A stretch of 64,000 bases of DNA from Camelus dromedarius. Lineage: Eukaryota. The notes beneath the pieces are model-generated. The model ran no database searches, was not told the DNA's origin, and saw nothing but the letters and a program-made list of their open reading frames with translations. Positions 1 to 11,860 of the stretch are shown here, piece after piece (position 1 is the stretch's first letter; each line of letters opens with the position of its first letter). The stretch covers positions 120,840,001-120,904,000 of the forward strand of contig NC_087437.1 in assembly GCF_036321535.1 (NCBI RefSeq), read 5' to 3'. The position numbers and the translations under genes are program-made.

Positions 1-2281
1 ATTTCTCCTGATGACCTAGTTGGGGGCGGGGGGCAGTTCTGTCAGCGTCCAGCAGAGTATCCGTCCCTGCCTGGCCCGCGCCTGGCTGCCGCCTTCCTGA
101 CGCGGCTCGGAGCGGCCCCTCAGCTGCTGCCCCGTCGGTGCTCTGCCACCGCTGCCGTGGGCATCGTCTCCTACACCCGTGGCTCTCGGTTGCTTTCCCC
201 AGGGGCCACGGGCCGATCCTTCTCTGCCGCCCCAGGACTGGCTTCTGTGGCGGCCGCACGCTGGGCCACATCACGGGCCCAGCCACAGCCCACGCCTGGA
301 CCCCTGTCCTTGGCCTGGCGAGGTCGGCCGTAACCACACCCGGAGGCCCCGGAGACAAGTGATGGCGACTCCGCTGTCAGACCTGCTGGTCCGGTGGCCC
401 TTCCCACCAGCGTCCAGCGGGGGCTCCTCGTCCCGCTCTGACTTGAGCGTCCCAGGGCGGTGCTGGAGCAAGTGGCTGCAGGCTTGGGGTCGTCCCTGGC
501 TGGGGAGGCCTCTCAGCAGCACCGTGGTGAACAGGCCCTCCGCCAGGTGGCTCGCTGCCTTTTATCAGCCGACTGGAAAGGAACGAGGTTACCAGTCTGA
601 CTGGGGCACAGAGACTGGAGGGGATGGGCCCCACCAGGGGTCAGCGTCCTTCATGGACCCACTGTCACCACTGGGGGCCCTGCCCGGTCAGCCTGCAGGC
701 GCACCTCCCGCTTCTCTCTCCATCCCCCTGGGTACGGAGGAGCTGGTGCCCAGGGAGGTAGGGAGGGAGGTCGCCTCCTGGGACGCCTCATGGGGGCAGC
801 ACTTGTTCATGCAGGCGAGCACCAGGGAGGGCCCCAGTGCCCGCCCTCTGTGGTGGATTCAGCAACATGACAGACAGGACAGATGCTGAGCAGACTGGCC
901 CCCTCACTGCGGGCATCCTGCCCACTCGATTGCACAGATGGAGAGCAGCCCGCTCCCCTGGGTGGGGCGCAGGATGGGGACACTGCGCGTACCCGCCGCC
1001 CTGTGTCGTTAGGGCCCTGTTCAGCCCGTCCTGCAGCGCTTTGCTCGGCCTTCTCTTTCCAGCAGCAGTAGCATTATCCCGCCTCTGGCAGGCCCCCTTC
1101 CCAGGCCAGGTGCACTGAGCCGTCCCACCACTCCACCGCACAGACGGAGCGTGGGGTTCCATGGCTCTGCCACCTGCCTGGTGCGTCCCTCCCCCAGCGC
1201 GGGAGCGTTGGTGTTCACAGCCAGAGACGGCCGGGCAGCCTGAATGGCCAGACTGGAGGCTCATGGTATGGCCTTCATCTTTGGAGGTCACCCACCCCCC
1301 GTTGGGCGCCTATGGAACCTCACGACCCAGCAGGCTCCCAAGGTGTCAGTTCCAGTGATGTCCCACCCATTTGGGTCTGAAGAGGTTTATCTCAGGTTCC
1401 TAAGCAGAGGTTGTTCAGGTGTCACGACGTGTAGCAAGTGTGTAAACACATTTGTATGATGTTTTATTCCAGTTCGTTACAGCAGCTTGGACATGGGGCC
1501 TTTGAAGGCAATACAGAGAACCAGAACCAGGAGGCAGGGGTGCAGCCCCCCTGGGGAGGGGGCCGTCCCTGACAGGTGCATGACGGGCCAGCCTGGCCTG
1601 GTGCTGCTGTGGCTAATGTCCCGTGTGTCCTCTTGGGGACAGGACACTGGTGGGCCCTCGGCTCCCGGAGGCCTTGGTTTTGGCTAAACCGATGGTCTCA
1701 TGATCTTCCGGTCTGGAGACCCCCTGGTGAAGAGCAGGTCCTCGGAGGAACCCTGGGGACAGGCGTCCAGTGTGAACTTGCAGGGCTCAGGGCCCCGGGA
1801 CGGCCTGCCTGTGGGGAGGGGAGAGCTCAATGCTCTGCAGGGTCGAGCTCCCTGGGCTCTCGCGCCCCCGTCCAGTCCCTACAGCTGTGCTTCTCTGCTT
1901 CCACGTGACCAGTGACCCTCAAACTGGGGCCAAAGACAACTCGGCCATCTGTGGCCTCCTCTCTTAAGTCAGCCTCCCCACTCTGGACACCACATCAGGT
2001 TCCTGGTGCGCATCCAGCAGCTGGGCTCAGCTAGCCTCCCTCCATGGCTGCCCCGCCGGCACCGGGTGCCCAGAGGCTCCCCCAGCTCCACCATCACCAC
2101 CGCTGCGGGCATCCCGGGGTCGGGGGTCAGCCTCCAGCCCTCAGAGCTGTCCTCCGCCCCCATGGCACTAGGGTAGTGCCCCTTTTCCAGATCAGCCGTG
2201 TTGTCCGAGTGGCCTTGCCGTGCCCCAGCCTGATGTCCACACGCACAAGCCTGAGCTGACACTCTTCTGTTCACCTTTCAG

Positions 2282-2438
2282 CTTGTGCTGCATCGCCCCT
2301 GTCCTCGCGGCCAAAGTGCTGAGCGGCGTCGAGGTCACCGTGGGCCACGAGCAGGAGGAAGGCGGCAGGTGGCCATACGCCGGGACTGCGGAGGCCATCA
2401 AAGCCCTGGGCGCCAAGCACTGTGTGAAGGAAGTGACC
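2282..2438 (+). CDS. GATD3: GATD3 (C21orf33/ES1 homolog; DJ-1/PfpI-like class I glutamine amidotransferase-like mitochondrial protein), penultimate coding exon. Earlier exons lie upstream of the window.
   Basis: Follows a polypyrimidine tract and AG (ctcttctgttcacctttcag, ending 2281). Reads (G)[52 protein letters not shown], near-identical to the human ES1/GATD3 C-terminal region as I recall it, including the Cys elbow motif. Ends at an ATATCCTT donor. Confidence 0.95.
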
Positions 2439-3586
2439 ATATCCTTCCAGCATCCAGAGCGGCATGGGGGACCCCTGGCACCTCCGTGCTGCCCTGCAGG
2501 GGGTGCCCAGAGCGTGTGCGTGATGGGGCGTAGTACCCGAGGTGGTGACGCCTCCATCATCTCATGCTGAGTTCCCAAGTCCCCGCAGTGACGCTGGCTG
2601 AGCTCAGCACACCCCAGGCCCAGAGTACGTTCAGTTGGGCAAGGAGACAGCCTTGGGCCTGAGGGGGATGACCCTGTGGTGTAGAGGCTGGGGGGCTGCC
2701 TGGAGGTGGAGGGAGAGGGAGTGCCCCTTGGCAGGGTGGAAGGAGTTTGGGGGATGGGGGGCTTCCTGTCTTTATTTGGGAGAAGTTCCCTGGGTGATGT
2801 GGATGGATTGCTGCGCCAGGCAGCCTCATCACCTCTGTCCCGTGAGTGGGTCTTCTGTGTTGGGAGGTGGTGGACTGAGGGTGCCAGGGTACTGGGGCAG
2901 CGATCTGTGGGCTTGGAGAGCCTCAGGCCACAGGCTGACCACCGTCCTGGTCCGCACCTGGACGCAGAGGGTCTCCATGTGGCGGAAGTCGGGACAGAGC
3001 AGCACACTGCCTGAGGAGGTGCTGGAGGCCAGCCTGTTACCCTCTGGGTGTCTGTCCCAAAGGGCATCTGTCCGAAGGGGGCTCGCTCTCCTAGGGTGTG
3101 TGTCTCCTTGCGGGCGGTTTCAGGTGTAAGTGTCCACCTCCCTTCAGTGTAGGGTGGCCAGCCCTGGGGGCTTTGGCATGAGTCCAGGGAGCGGGTCTGA
3201 GGGTGGAGGCGAGGCCGGGTGTGGGTGATGTGGGGCAGGAGCCTGATGGGGTCAAGGGTGGGTCCCAGGTCGGGCTGCCCATGGTGGTCGTGGCAGGCGC
3301 TCACACAGGCTAAGTGTGGCTTCTTGATCTGAAGGATGCGGGGCTGCCTCCACCTTCAGGGTCGTGGGCTCCTGGCAGTGCTGGCACCTGGCCCGGCTCT
3401 GTGGGGTGCTGGTCCCTGTGCCTGCTGCCGGGACACCTGTTACCAGCTCTCCCGGAGGTAGTGCAGGCGGTGCAGAAAGACCCTTCCTGGTGACGGCGGG
3501 GCGGGGGACACGTCTGTGGCGGTGGCTGGGGCTGCTTTCCGCCAGACCCTCTCGCTGCAGGATGGGTTTCCCTAACTCGTGTGCAC
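2439..3586 (+). other. GATD3: U12-type (minor spliceosome) AT-AC intron of GATD3
   Basis: 5' end ATATCCTTC (2439-2447). Branch-site-like TTCCCTAAC (3568-3576), no long polypyrimidine tract after it, and 3' end CAC (3584-3586). Removing it joins ...KEVT to EAHVD... in frame (phase 0). Confidence 0.93.
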
Positions 3587-3715
3587 GAAGCTCACGTGGA
3601 CCGGAAGAACAAGGTGGTCACCACGCCGGCCTTCATGTGCGACACCGCGCTGCACCACGTCCACGACGGGACCGGGGCCATGGTGAGGGAGGTGCTGGAG
3701 CTCGCCCGGAAGTGA
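3587..3715 (+). CDS. GATD3: GATD3 last coding exon
   Basis: Reads [42 protein letters not shown] then TGA (3713-3715), matching the ES1/GATD3 C-terminus (VVTTPAFM motif). Not in the ORF track because it has no start codon. Confidence 0.95.
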   Translation, partial: EAHVDRKNKVVTTPAFMCDTALHHVHDGTGAMVREVLELARK

Positions 3716-4291
3716 GGCCACCGCCGGGCCAGCTCGCCCCCGGCCGATGGCTCCCCTCTCAGCTTGGGAGGGGCAGGACTTTATTTCTCTGCTTAAATCT
3801 GTGTGTTTTCTTTCTAAAGAGGGAGCTGGCGCCACATGGGTCAGGGGCAGACAGCGTGAGGCCTTTCCTCCTGGTGGGGAGGGTGGCGGGCAGTGGCCAC
3901 TGGATCAGAGGCAGCCTCGGAATTGAAATCAAGTCTGCTTTTCAGCAGGAACCTCAGGTAGAGAGAGGTGACCCTGCAGCCCTAGTAATCAGGAAACCAA
4001 AGTACCACGATTATCGCTAGTTAAAGATGCTCTGATCTGGAGCAGATACGAGCTGATCAGGACAGTCGGGCTTTTGGAGCAGGCGTGCCCTTTGGCTGGT
4101 GAGAATGAGCCCCTCCCCCAGATAGACTCGGGCAGCCCCGTTTCAGGCCTCCTGAGGCTGGCCGACTAGTAATATGCACGAAGCTTCTCATGTTAGGGGT
4201 GGGCACTCAGCCGTGTGTCGGCCTGCAGGGGGGGCAGTGCAGTTGGCCCCGGGCCCCGAGCGGGGCGGATGGGACATGGTGCAGAAGGAGC

Positions 4292-4345
4292 AATAAAGTG
4301 TGGCAGCTCGTTGGCTGGCGCTTTCCTCGGTGTGTGGCTTCTGTC
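4292..4345 (+). terminator. GATD3: Probable GATD3 polyadenylation signal
   Basis: AATAAA at 4292-4297, about 580 nt after the stop, followed by GU/U-rich ctttcctcggtgtgtggcttctgt at about 4321-4345. Confidence 0.7.
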
Positions 4346-4919
4346 CGGGAGAAAGCACGGCGGGGTGCTTCGTCCATCACAACGCAGCCCCCCAGTCTGT
4401 CCTCCGTGACCCGGGATGGTGCCCTGGAAGTGCAGCGCGCTGGACGCATGGTACGGCTGTGTTTTTGTCTGGTTTTGATAAAGCTGCTCAGGCCAGCGCT
4501 GCAGCCTGTTTAGTATGGCCTAGTTCACGCTGAGCCATGTGGCTGGGGCGCAGAGACACAGGTCCCCCATGCTGCACCCCTTCCCTCTGCCGTTATCAGG
4601 TGACGTGCTGGACACGCCTGCGGTGGGTTCCCGGAGTCTGAGGAGCGCGGGCAGAGCAGGGCCCGTGGGAGGGGCAGTAGAGCCCGGGTCCACAATCGCC
4701 GGTCCCCCCAGCTCCCCCGGTGTCGTGCGTCAGCCGGCCTCCAACATTTCTGGTCCTTCCTCCATGGGGGCTCCGTTCTCGTAGCCTGTCTCCCACGGAG
4801 CTGGGTCCTCTGGGACAGGAGCCCCACGGCCCCACTGCAGGCACCGGCCACGCTGGCCATCATTGACCTCTCCTTTGCATGGCCCGTCGGAGGTCAGCGA
4901 CTCCTTCCCGAGAAACGTG

Positions 4920-5750
4920 TTCGCTGAAACACTTTACAAATAAGCACACGTGTGTGCACGTAGAATGCAAAATCACGCACCTTGGTGAGATTTCGTGGTG
5001 TGAACTGCCGCTCGGATCCAGAGTAAACAGCGTCACCAGCCTCAGCCCCCCCCCCCCCCCCCGGCTGTGGGAGGAAGCCAGGCTGTGGCGCACATCCCAG
5101 CTCCGAGCACAGGGGGCCTGGCCGCAGGATGTCGCGGCCCACGGGCACGGCCTCCGCCGGGCGGGGCAGGGCGGGGCAGCGTCTGCAGGCACGTCCGCTC
5201 GGCCCGTGTCCCTGGCCAGCAGGGCGCCGGGTCTGGCCCTGGGGTCTGTCGGGCTTTCTTTTTTCACTCTCGTCACCCTGGTGGGTGTGAATGGCGGTTC
5301 CGTGGTTTCCTCTGCCTCTCTCTGGTGTCCGCTGAGGGCCACCACCTCTCTGTATGTTCCCTGGCCCTTTGGGGACCCTCTGGTGAAATGCCGGTTGGAG
5401 TCTCAGGCCATTTACCTGTCAGTTGTCTGTCTTTCGTGACTGGAGTTTTGTGTGTCTGGGTTACAAGTCCTTTGTCTGTCACACGGACCGCACGTATTCA
5501 CCCATCTTGTCTTTTCACTCAGCGGCATCTTGATGAGCAAACAGCCCTCATCTAACGTGGGCCTGCTTCCCACCCTCACGGTGGTGGTTGTCGTCTGGGG
5601 AGGAGAACCCTTCCTCCCCAGGTGTGAGGGCACTCTCCTCAGTTACCCTCGGTCACCTGTGTTCACCGCTGTTTTGCCTCTGTCAGCAGTTTGTCCAGGA
5701 CTGACATCTGTGAGTCCCTCTGCTCTGTGTTTGGTTCTTCTCTTCTAGAA
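4920..5750 (-). mobile_element. Highly degraded ancient L1 (L1M-type) 3' end and ORF2 tail
   Basis: Phrases resembling antisense L1 3' sequence (gtgggtgtgaatgg..., acaagtcctttgtc..., gtcttttcactc). Boundaries approximate. Confidence 0.5.
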
Positions 5751-6559
5751 ATGCCCGGGGACGTGGGGTGGAGCAGAGCTGGGTACGGCAGCCCTTGAGC
5801 CGTCACCGCGAGGCCGCCTGGGCCCCACTTGCCCGGGGTCGTCCCCTCGGCCTCGGCCAGGGCGTCGTAGGTGCCGTAGGACAGTGTGCCTGAGGAGCAG
5901 AGCCGCGCTCGGGCACGACAGGCTGGCTGGATTTCACCACTTCTCCTGCGGAAAGTCAGCCAAAGGGCAGGTGACCAGATGGCGAAGGGAGAACGCACCA
6001 GAAAGTCCCCAGAGAAACGCGTATGTGGTCACTTGGCGTCGCGTGTTCACAGTCGTCTGTCCTGGACTTTTCCGTGTGAAGTACCTGATTGTCCAGTCCA
6101 GGATGGCTCGCTGCGGTGGCTAAACACAGGGACAGCGAACACGCTGTCCTGTCGGCGCTGTATCTGCCCACTTCATCCTGGTGCCAGCCCTGGGCGTGGA
6201 TCCATGACTGGGGATTGAGCCCCCAGGCCCTGTGCCCACGTTGGGCGGGCAGTTCCAGAACTGGGCTGGCCTTGGCCCTGCATGCTACCTGCCAGGTTCT
6301 TCCTGCTGCACCTCTGTAGGCGGCGGGCGCAGTGTCGGAAGCCCCGTCCCTTCTTGTTGGGCCTGGAAGTGCTCCGGTGAGAAAGGAGTGGGTGGGCGCT
6401 GGCGGGGGGGGGGCGTGCTGTCTTTGGACAGCTGCCACTGCTGCCTTGGTTGGGGCAGGGGGAGGCAGTGCTCCCTGTGCTGTGTGCTGCAGCCCTGCCC
6501 AGGCCCAGGGCTGGTGCTGCTCTGGAGTTGAGCACAAAGCCCCACAGTCCTGTTCTGAG

Positions 6560-6755
6560 TGGGGGCGGGGGTGGGCGCACTGCACATCTTTCTGACTGCA
6601 GAGTCTGTCAGCTGCACCAGCAGCTGAGTGGGGTGAGCGTGGGCAGCCCTGGGGGAGACCCGCCCAAACTGCAGGACCATGAGCAGTAGAAGGATAGTTG
6701 TTTTAAGCCACTAAGTTTTGGGGTGTTTGTTACACAGCAGGAGGTAACTGATACA
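6560..6755 (+). mobile_element. MaLR (MLT1-type) LTR 3' portion
   Basis: Typical MLT1 terminus gttgttttaagccactaagttttggggtgtttgttacacagcag...taactgataca. 5' boundary approximate. Confidence 0.7.
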
Positions 6756-7355
6756 CAGACCCTGCCGGCTGGGCTAGAGGTCCATCCAGCAGGCTGCCCA
6801 CACTTAACTCCCTGACATGAGGTCTGTGCCCTCCCCCCACATGGAGCCCGAGCCCCCAGCACAGGCCTGTGTCAGCGATGCTCTGAACCAGTGTTGGGGT
6901 GAGTGACTTCAACGCCCTGGGACTTGCCCACCAGTCTGACCAGGCCACAGAGGTTGGGGTCTGGAACGGTCTCCCAGACACCTGTACCTCCAGGCAGGTG
7001 GTCGAAGGGAGAGAAACCAGGTGGGTGGCTGGGTCACGGCCTGTCTGTTTTGGGGGTGCAGGAGAAGCCACTTCGGTGGCCTGTGGCATTGGTGAACACC
7101 ACACCTGCCCAGGTGGGACTTGCCCTGTCCTGCCCCGGGTGGCTGGCACCCCGGCTGTGCCACATGCATACCCCCTCCCTGGCAGGCTTGGGCTCTGAGG
7201 GTCAGGAGGAGGGCCCACAGGGCAGAGGGCCCCGAGCCGGGTTGCTGGTGACTGCACAGTGAGGTGGCCGTGGGGGCTCGCCGTGCGGGGGCTCACTGTG
7301 CTGGGGGTCACCTGCTGCGGCGTCAGACCAGGCTGCCTTCTCGTCTTTATCAGGC

Positions 7356-8090
7356 GTTTTTTTAACTTTTTTTTTTTAAGTTTCTTTCATTGTGGTAGAA
7401 TATGCATAACATAGATTTGCCATTTTAACCATTTTTAAGTGCATTCACACTGTTGAGCAACCATCACCGCTGTCCATCTCCAGAACTTTTTCAAATCTTC
7501 CTAAACTGAAACTCTGTCCCGTTAAACACTGGCTCCCCAGCCCCGGCCAGCCCCTCTCCCCCGCCGTCCTGCCTTCAGTCTCTGCGTCTGACTCACCCGG
7601 GGACCTCAGGTGAGAGGACTCAGGCGGTGTTTGTCCTCTTAGAACTGGCTTACCTCACCAGCACAATGTCCCCAGAGCTCATCGTGTTTAGCAGGCGTCA
7701 GAATGCCCTCCTGAGGCTCACGCCCCCTCGCGAGGGGGAACGGCCTCCAGGTCGCTCATGCCTTTTGGCTTTGTGCCTCATGCTGCCTTAAACACCGGTG
7801 TGCAAGTGTCCGCGTTCAGCGCTTTGGGGTTTCTCCCCAGACCTGGAGTTGCTGGGTCACACAGCCATTCTGTTTCAGTTTTTGAGGAGCCACCATGCTG
7901 TTACCCACAGCGCCTGTGCTTTGCGTTCCCACCCGCCGCACACGCGAGCTCCAGTTTCCGCATGCGCTCGCCTGACGCAGTTTTAGGTAGCCGCCGTCCT
8001 GTTGTGCGCGAGCGTGCGAGGTGGCCGTGGGGCTCCCCCAGGAGCTGCTGTTGGCCTCAGGGGTCATTTCTCAGTGGTTTTGCTGTCCCT
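7356..8090 (-). mobile_element. L1MB-like LINE-1 3' end
   Basis: T-rich tail, then ttgccattttaaccatttttaagtgc...caaccatcacc...catctccagaacttttt...aaactgaaactctgtccc. Confidence 0.8.
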
Positions 8091-8877
8091 GCCTGTGCAC
8101 TGCGCTGGACACCAAGTGACTGGGAGCCCCGGCTGTGACCCTGGGCGGACCTCGGGCTGCGTTGCTGTGGGGTCGCCTGGCCCCCAGGCTCCCCCAGGGG
8201 TGCATCCGGGCTGGGAGCCCCCACTGCCGAAGCCAGAGCTGTGCGGCCAGTGTGAAGGGGGTGGTGATAGGCTTCAGGCGACCACGTACGTGGTGAAAAT
8301 CCGAAGCCATGGCCAGTCCAAGAGAGGAAAGGAGCTGCTTTGTGGGGGAGAAATGCCACGGTGCTCTGTGTGCTCGGGGTCCCTCGGGTGTAGGCGGGAG
8401 CTGCCAGGGCTGGGCGCCACAGGCTTCCCAGCGAGGCAGGCCCAGCTCCCTGATGCCCGTGCAGGCAGCCACGGACTCTCCAGCCAGGTCTGGACCTGTG
8501 CTCCCGGCAGCCCCATGTGAGTCCCTGGGGAGCTGAGGTAGAGTGTTTTGGGTCCCAAGAGGGGGACAGATTCCCATCTGGTGACGGGGGAGACTTGTGG
8601 CAAGAGCTTGAGTGCTGGAAGGATCCAGACGCACTGTGACAGGTGTCCCCAGTCTGTGCTGACACGGTGGGCTGGGGGGAAGAGGACACGGCGGCTGGCG
8701 TTTCTGTACCGTGAGAGCGTCTGCCCCGTGGCCACGGTCAGCACTGCCCCCCCACTGGTCCAACGGCAGTGTCTGGCCCAGTTCCTGATCCCTTCTGCTG
8801 CGTGACCTCAGGTGAGTCATGTGACCGCCAAGGCCATGAAGAAACAGGTGACAACACCTGCTCGCCAGGACTTGGGC

Positions 8878-9060
8878 TATGTACGTGCATGCGTGTGTGT
8901 GTGTCTGTGTGTGTGTGTGTGTGTGGTTGGGTGTATGTGTGTGAGAGTATATGTGCATGTGTATATAGACGTGTCCGTGCAGGTCTGTGTGTGTGTTGGT
9001 GCGTGTGTGTGCACGCGTGTGTATCACACACGTTATGGGTGTGCATGTGTGTGTGCTGCA
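8878..9060. repeat. Degenerate (TG)n microsatellite
   Basis: Long interrupted tgtgtg tract. Confidence 0.9.
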
Positions 9061-10204
9061 CATCGGGGAGGCGCCGGCCTGTAGGCCCTGTGTAAACAGT
9101 AGTGGTCTTTGCTTACCATCTCACAGCATGAGTTACCTGCTCGGAAGAGCGCAGCAGCCACGGGAGAAGCGGCAGCTGCCCAGCCCTCTGAGCGGCTGGG
9201 CTTGGCTGCCAGGTGCAGCAGAACCTTGCGTGAGGAGGCGGGAATAGGGTGGGGTGTTGCTTCCCACCTTAGAAGGAAGCTTCTTTGTTGCTATGGCAAC
9301 AGCAGCCCAGGACCCCCGCCCCCTCCCCTGCTCGCAAGTGCTTCCTTGGCTCCTGGGTGCCCTCGCTGTGCGGGTCCTGGGTCCCCACCTCCCCGCTGGA
9401 GGGGAGGGGAACGCGGGGGCTGGATGTGTGAAACGGCCCCAGAGGTGTGCCGACCCCACCTGGGGTTGGGGCTGCTTTTAAAGGCAAGAATCAGTGGCTT
9501 ACTCCTGCCGTGGTGGAGCCTGGCCCAGCCCGGGGGCCCCCCGGCCCCTGACTTACGGGCACAACTGCTCCACGTCCCCTGTGGCAGCTGAGGTTCCCGA
9601 GGTGCGGGGTGGCTAGCGAGGGGTGCTTCCGTTTCAGGGGGTTTTCTGAGCAGTGTCTGCCGAGGAGAGGTTGGCGGACAAGGTGGAGACAGAACAGTCC
9701 GCTTGCCGTGTGGTCTGTGTGGTGTGGCGCAGGGCGGGAGCGGTCCGGGCGTCGGCACCCCGGCAGTGAACCTGTGGCGGGTGGGAGGTGGTCTGTGGGC
9801 CCCGTCCGCGGGCCCCTGTGCAGGGCATCCCTCTGCTGTTCTGAGGGCAGGTGCAGGTGCACAGTGACAGCTATAAAATCCTCTAGGTGCCGTGCAAAAA
9901 CGCTGGCCCCGTGGTCCTTCATTTCCCAGCAGGGACCTCGGAGCGGCCACTGAAACCCTTCGGTTGCGGGCAGGACCGCAAAGGTCTGCTCCCAGCGCTC
10001 GGGCCTGACCCCTCTGTGACTCACTGGTCAGTCTCGGGGTCCTCCGTGCATCTTCCTCCTCATCCTTCAGGGCCCCGGGGCCCCCACTCCTCTCACCCTG
10101 TCCGCCCTAGTGTGCCCCCGCGTGCCAGGCACTGTCCGTGTCTCCTCTCTGAATGTCACTCAGACTCCTGGAGCAGGCGCGTGTGCTCCCTCGGGCCGCT
10201 GGAA

Positions 10205-10575
10205 CACGTTACCAGAGGGTGGGCGTCTGGGGCCAGGGTGTGGACGGGGCTGGTTCCTCCTGAGACCGAGGCACTGTCCCAGCCTCTCCCCCACCTTCTG
10301 GGGCTTTGCTGACCGTCTTTGGGCTTCCTTGGCTTGTAGAAGCATCACCCCAGTCTCTGCCTCCATCGTCACAGGGCGTCTCCCTGCGTGCCTGTATGCT
10401 TCCAGGTGTCCTCGTGTTGTAAGGACAGTCGTGTTGGGTTAGCGTCCACCCCAACAACCTCATTTTCACTGGATAATGTTTGCAAAGACCCTGCTTCCAG
10501 ATAAGGTCAGATCCATAGGTGCTGGGCGGTAGGATGCTAACATGAATTTTGGGGGGATACTTAAGTCCTTTACAG
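10205..10575 (-). mobile_element. MaLR (MLT1B/C-like) LTR
   Basis: ccttggcttgtagaagcatcaccccagtctctgcctccatcgtcaca...tttgcaaagaccctgcttccagataaggtca. Confidence 0.75.
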
Positions 10576-11496
10576 TGGGCACTAGGATCCCCTTCACAGG
10601 AGGGACACTGAGGTGTAGATCGGGGTCCCCTCTGAGGCCCCGTGCTCACAAGGAGAGGTGGGGACCCAGCTGCTCCCTCTGCAGCCCCACCTGGCGCACA
10701 CACGTGGCTCCTGGCCCTCCTGGGTCTGTGCGGTCAGGGACCATGGCTGGTCCTGGCTCTGGGCGTCCCTTTGAGGCCCTCGGGTCCCCTGGAACTTGGG
10801 CTGGAGGACACCCACCCCTCGTCCTCACAGGCCTCAGAGAACTCTCGCTTTCTGTTGGGTCACGTCCTGTTCAGAGTTGCCCGGGCCCCTCAGAAGCCCC
10901 TCGGTGGCCCCGGCCCAGCATCACGCCTCTGCCTCTGAGCCGGTGGCGCAGTGGGGCCCTGGTACCGGTTTGGAACCCCAGCTCTGTAGCCTGTCGACCG
11001 TTTGCCCGCTGGAGGCAGCGGGCAGCCCTGGCTTGTCTGGTCCAGGGCCCCTCGGGTCTTGTGCACCCCCCACGCCCACCCCCGTCGTGGGTAGCCTGAC
11101 TTTTTGGCTCCAGAAGGGTGTCCCCGGGGTGGGGGGAGGCGCAGGGACACAGCGGGACTTGGAGGAAATTCATGGGATTCAAGTACCATTACCCGCGGCT
11201 CCCCCTCAAAGGTCCTCCTCGGTATTTCCTGCCTCGCCGTCACGCTGCCCTGCGCCTCCTGCTTCGGGCTGAGGGCAGATGGCAGGAGCACTGAGGTACT
11301 TCTCGTCAAGGATCTCATGGTGCCCGAGCTGGCCCCAAACAGGAAGCTCCTTGAGACTTGTCGCCGGAAGTCTCTGCGTCCACAGTGGGTGCCGCATGTG
11401 GCCTGTGGTCCTGTGGGGACACTGGACTCAGCCTGGGGAGGGCTCCAGCCGCTCGTGGGGTTCACAGTAGTCTGGAGGAAAGTGGGAACCCGCCCG

Positions 11497-11860
11497 TGTT
11501 AGTCATCTCGGCTGTCGTAACAAGCACCGCAGACGGGGCTGTAAAGAACAGAAGTTCATTTTCTCACAGTCTGGAGGCTGGAATCTGAGACCCCGGGTCA
11601 GCAGGGTCCCCCGAGGCCTCTCTCCTGGGCGTGCAGATGGCCGTCTCCTCCTGGGGCCTCACATGTGTCCCTCCGTGTGCCTCTGTGTCCTGATCTCCCC
11701 CTTCCACGGGGATACCAGTCAGAATTAGCACCCACACTGGTGGCCCCATTGTAACTTAGTCACCTCTTTAAAGGCCCCACCTCCGAATATAGTCACGTGC
11801 CGAGGTCCTGGGGGCCAGGGCTTTGACCTGTGGGTTTTGGGAACACAGTTCAGCCCATAA
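11497..11860 (-). mobile_element. MaLR (MLT1A-like) LTR
   Basis: tgttagtc...ttctcacagtctggaggctggaatctgaga...cacctctttaaaggcccc...gggaacacagttcagcccataa. Confidence 0.8.

Noticed and set aside
1..2281. Additional upstream GATD3 exon
   Set aside because: No frame resembling the expected preceding peptide (...EFHQAGKPIG) was found; treated as intron.
8071..9095. His/Thr-rich and Cys/Val-rich ORFs
   Set aside because: Translations of the (TG)n microsatellite.
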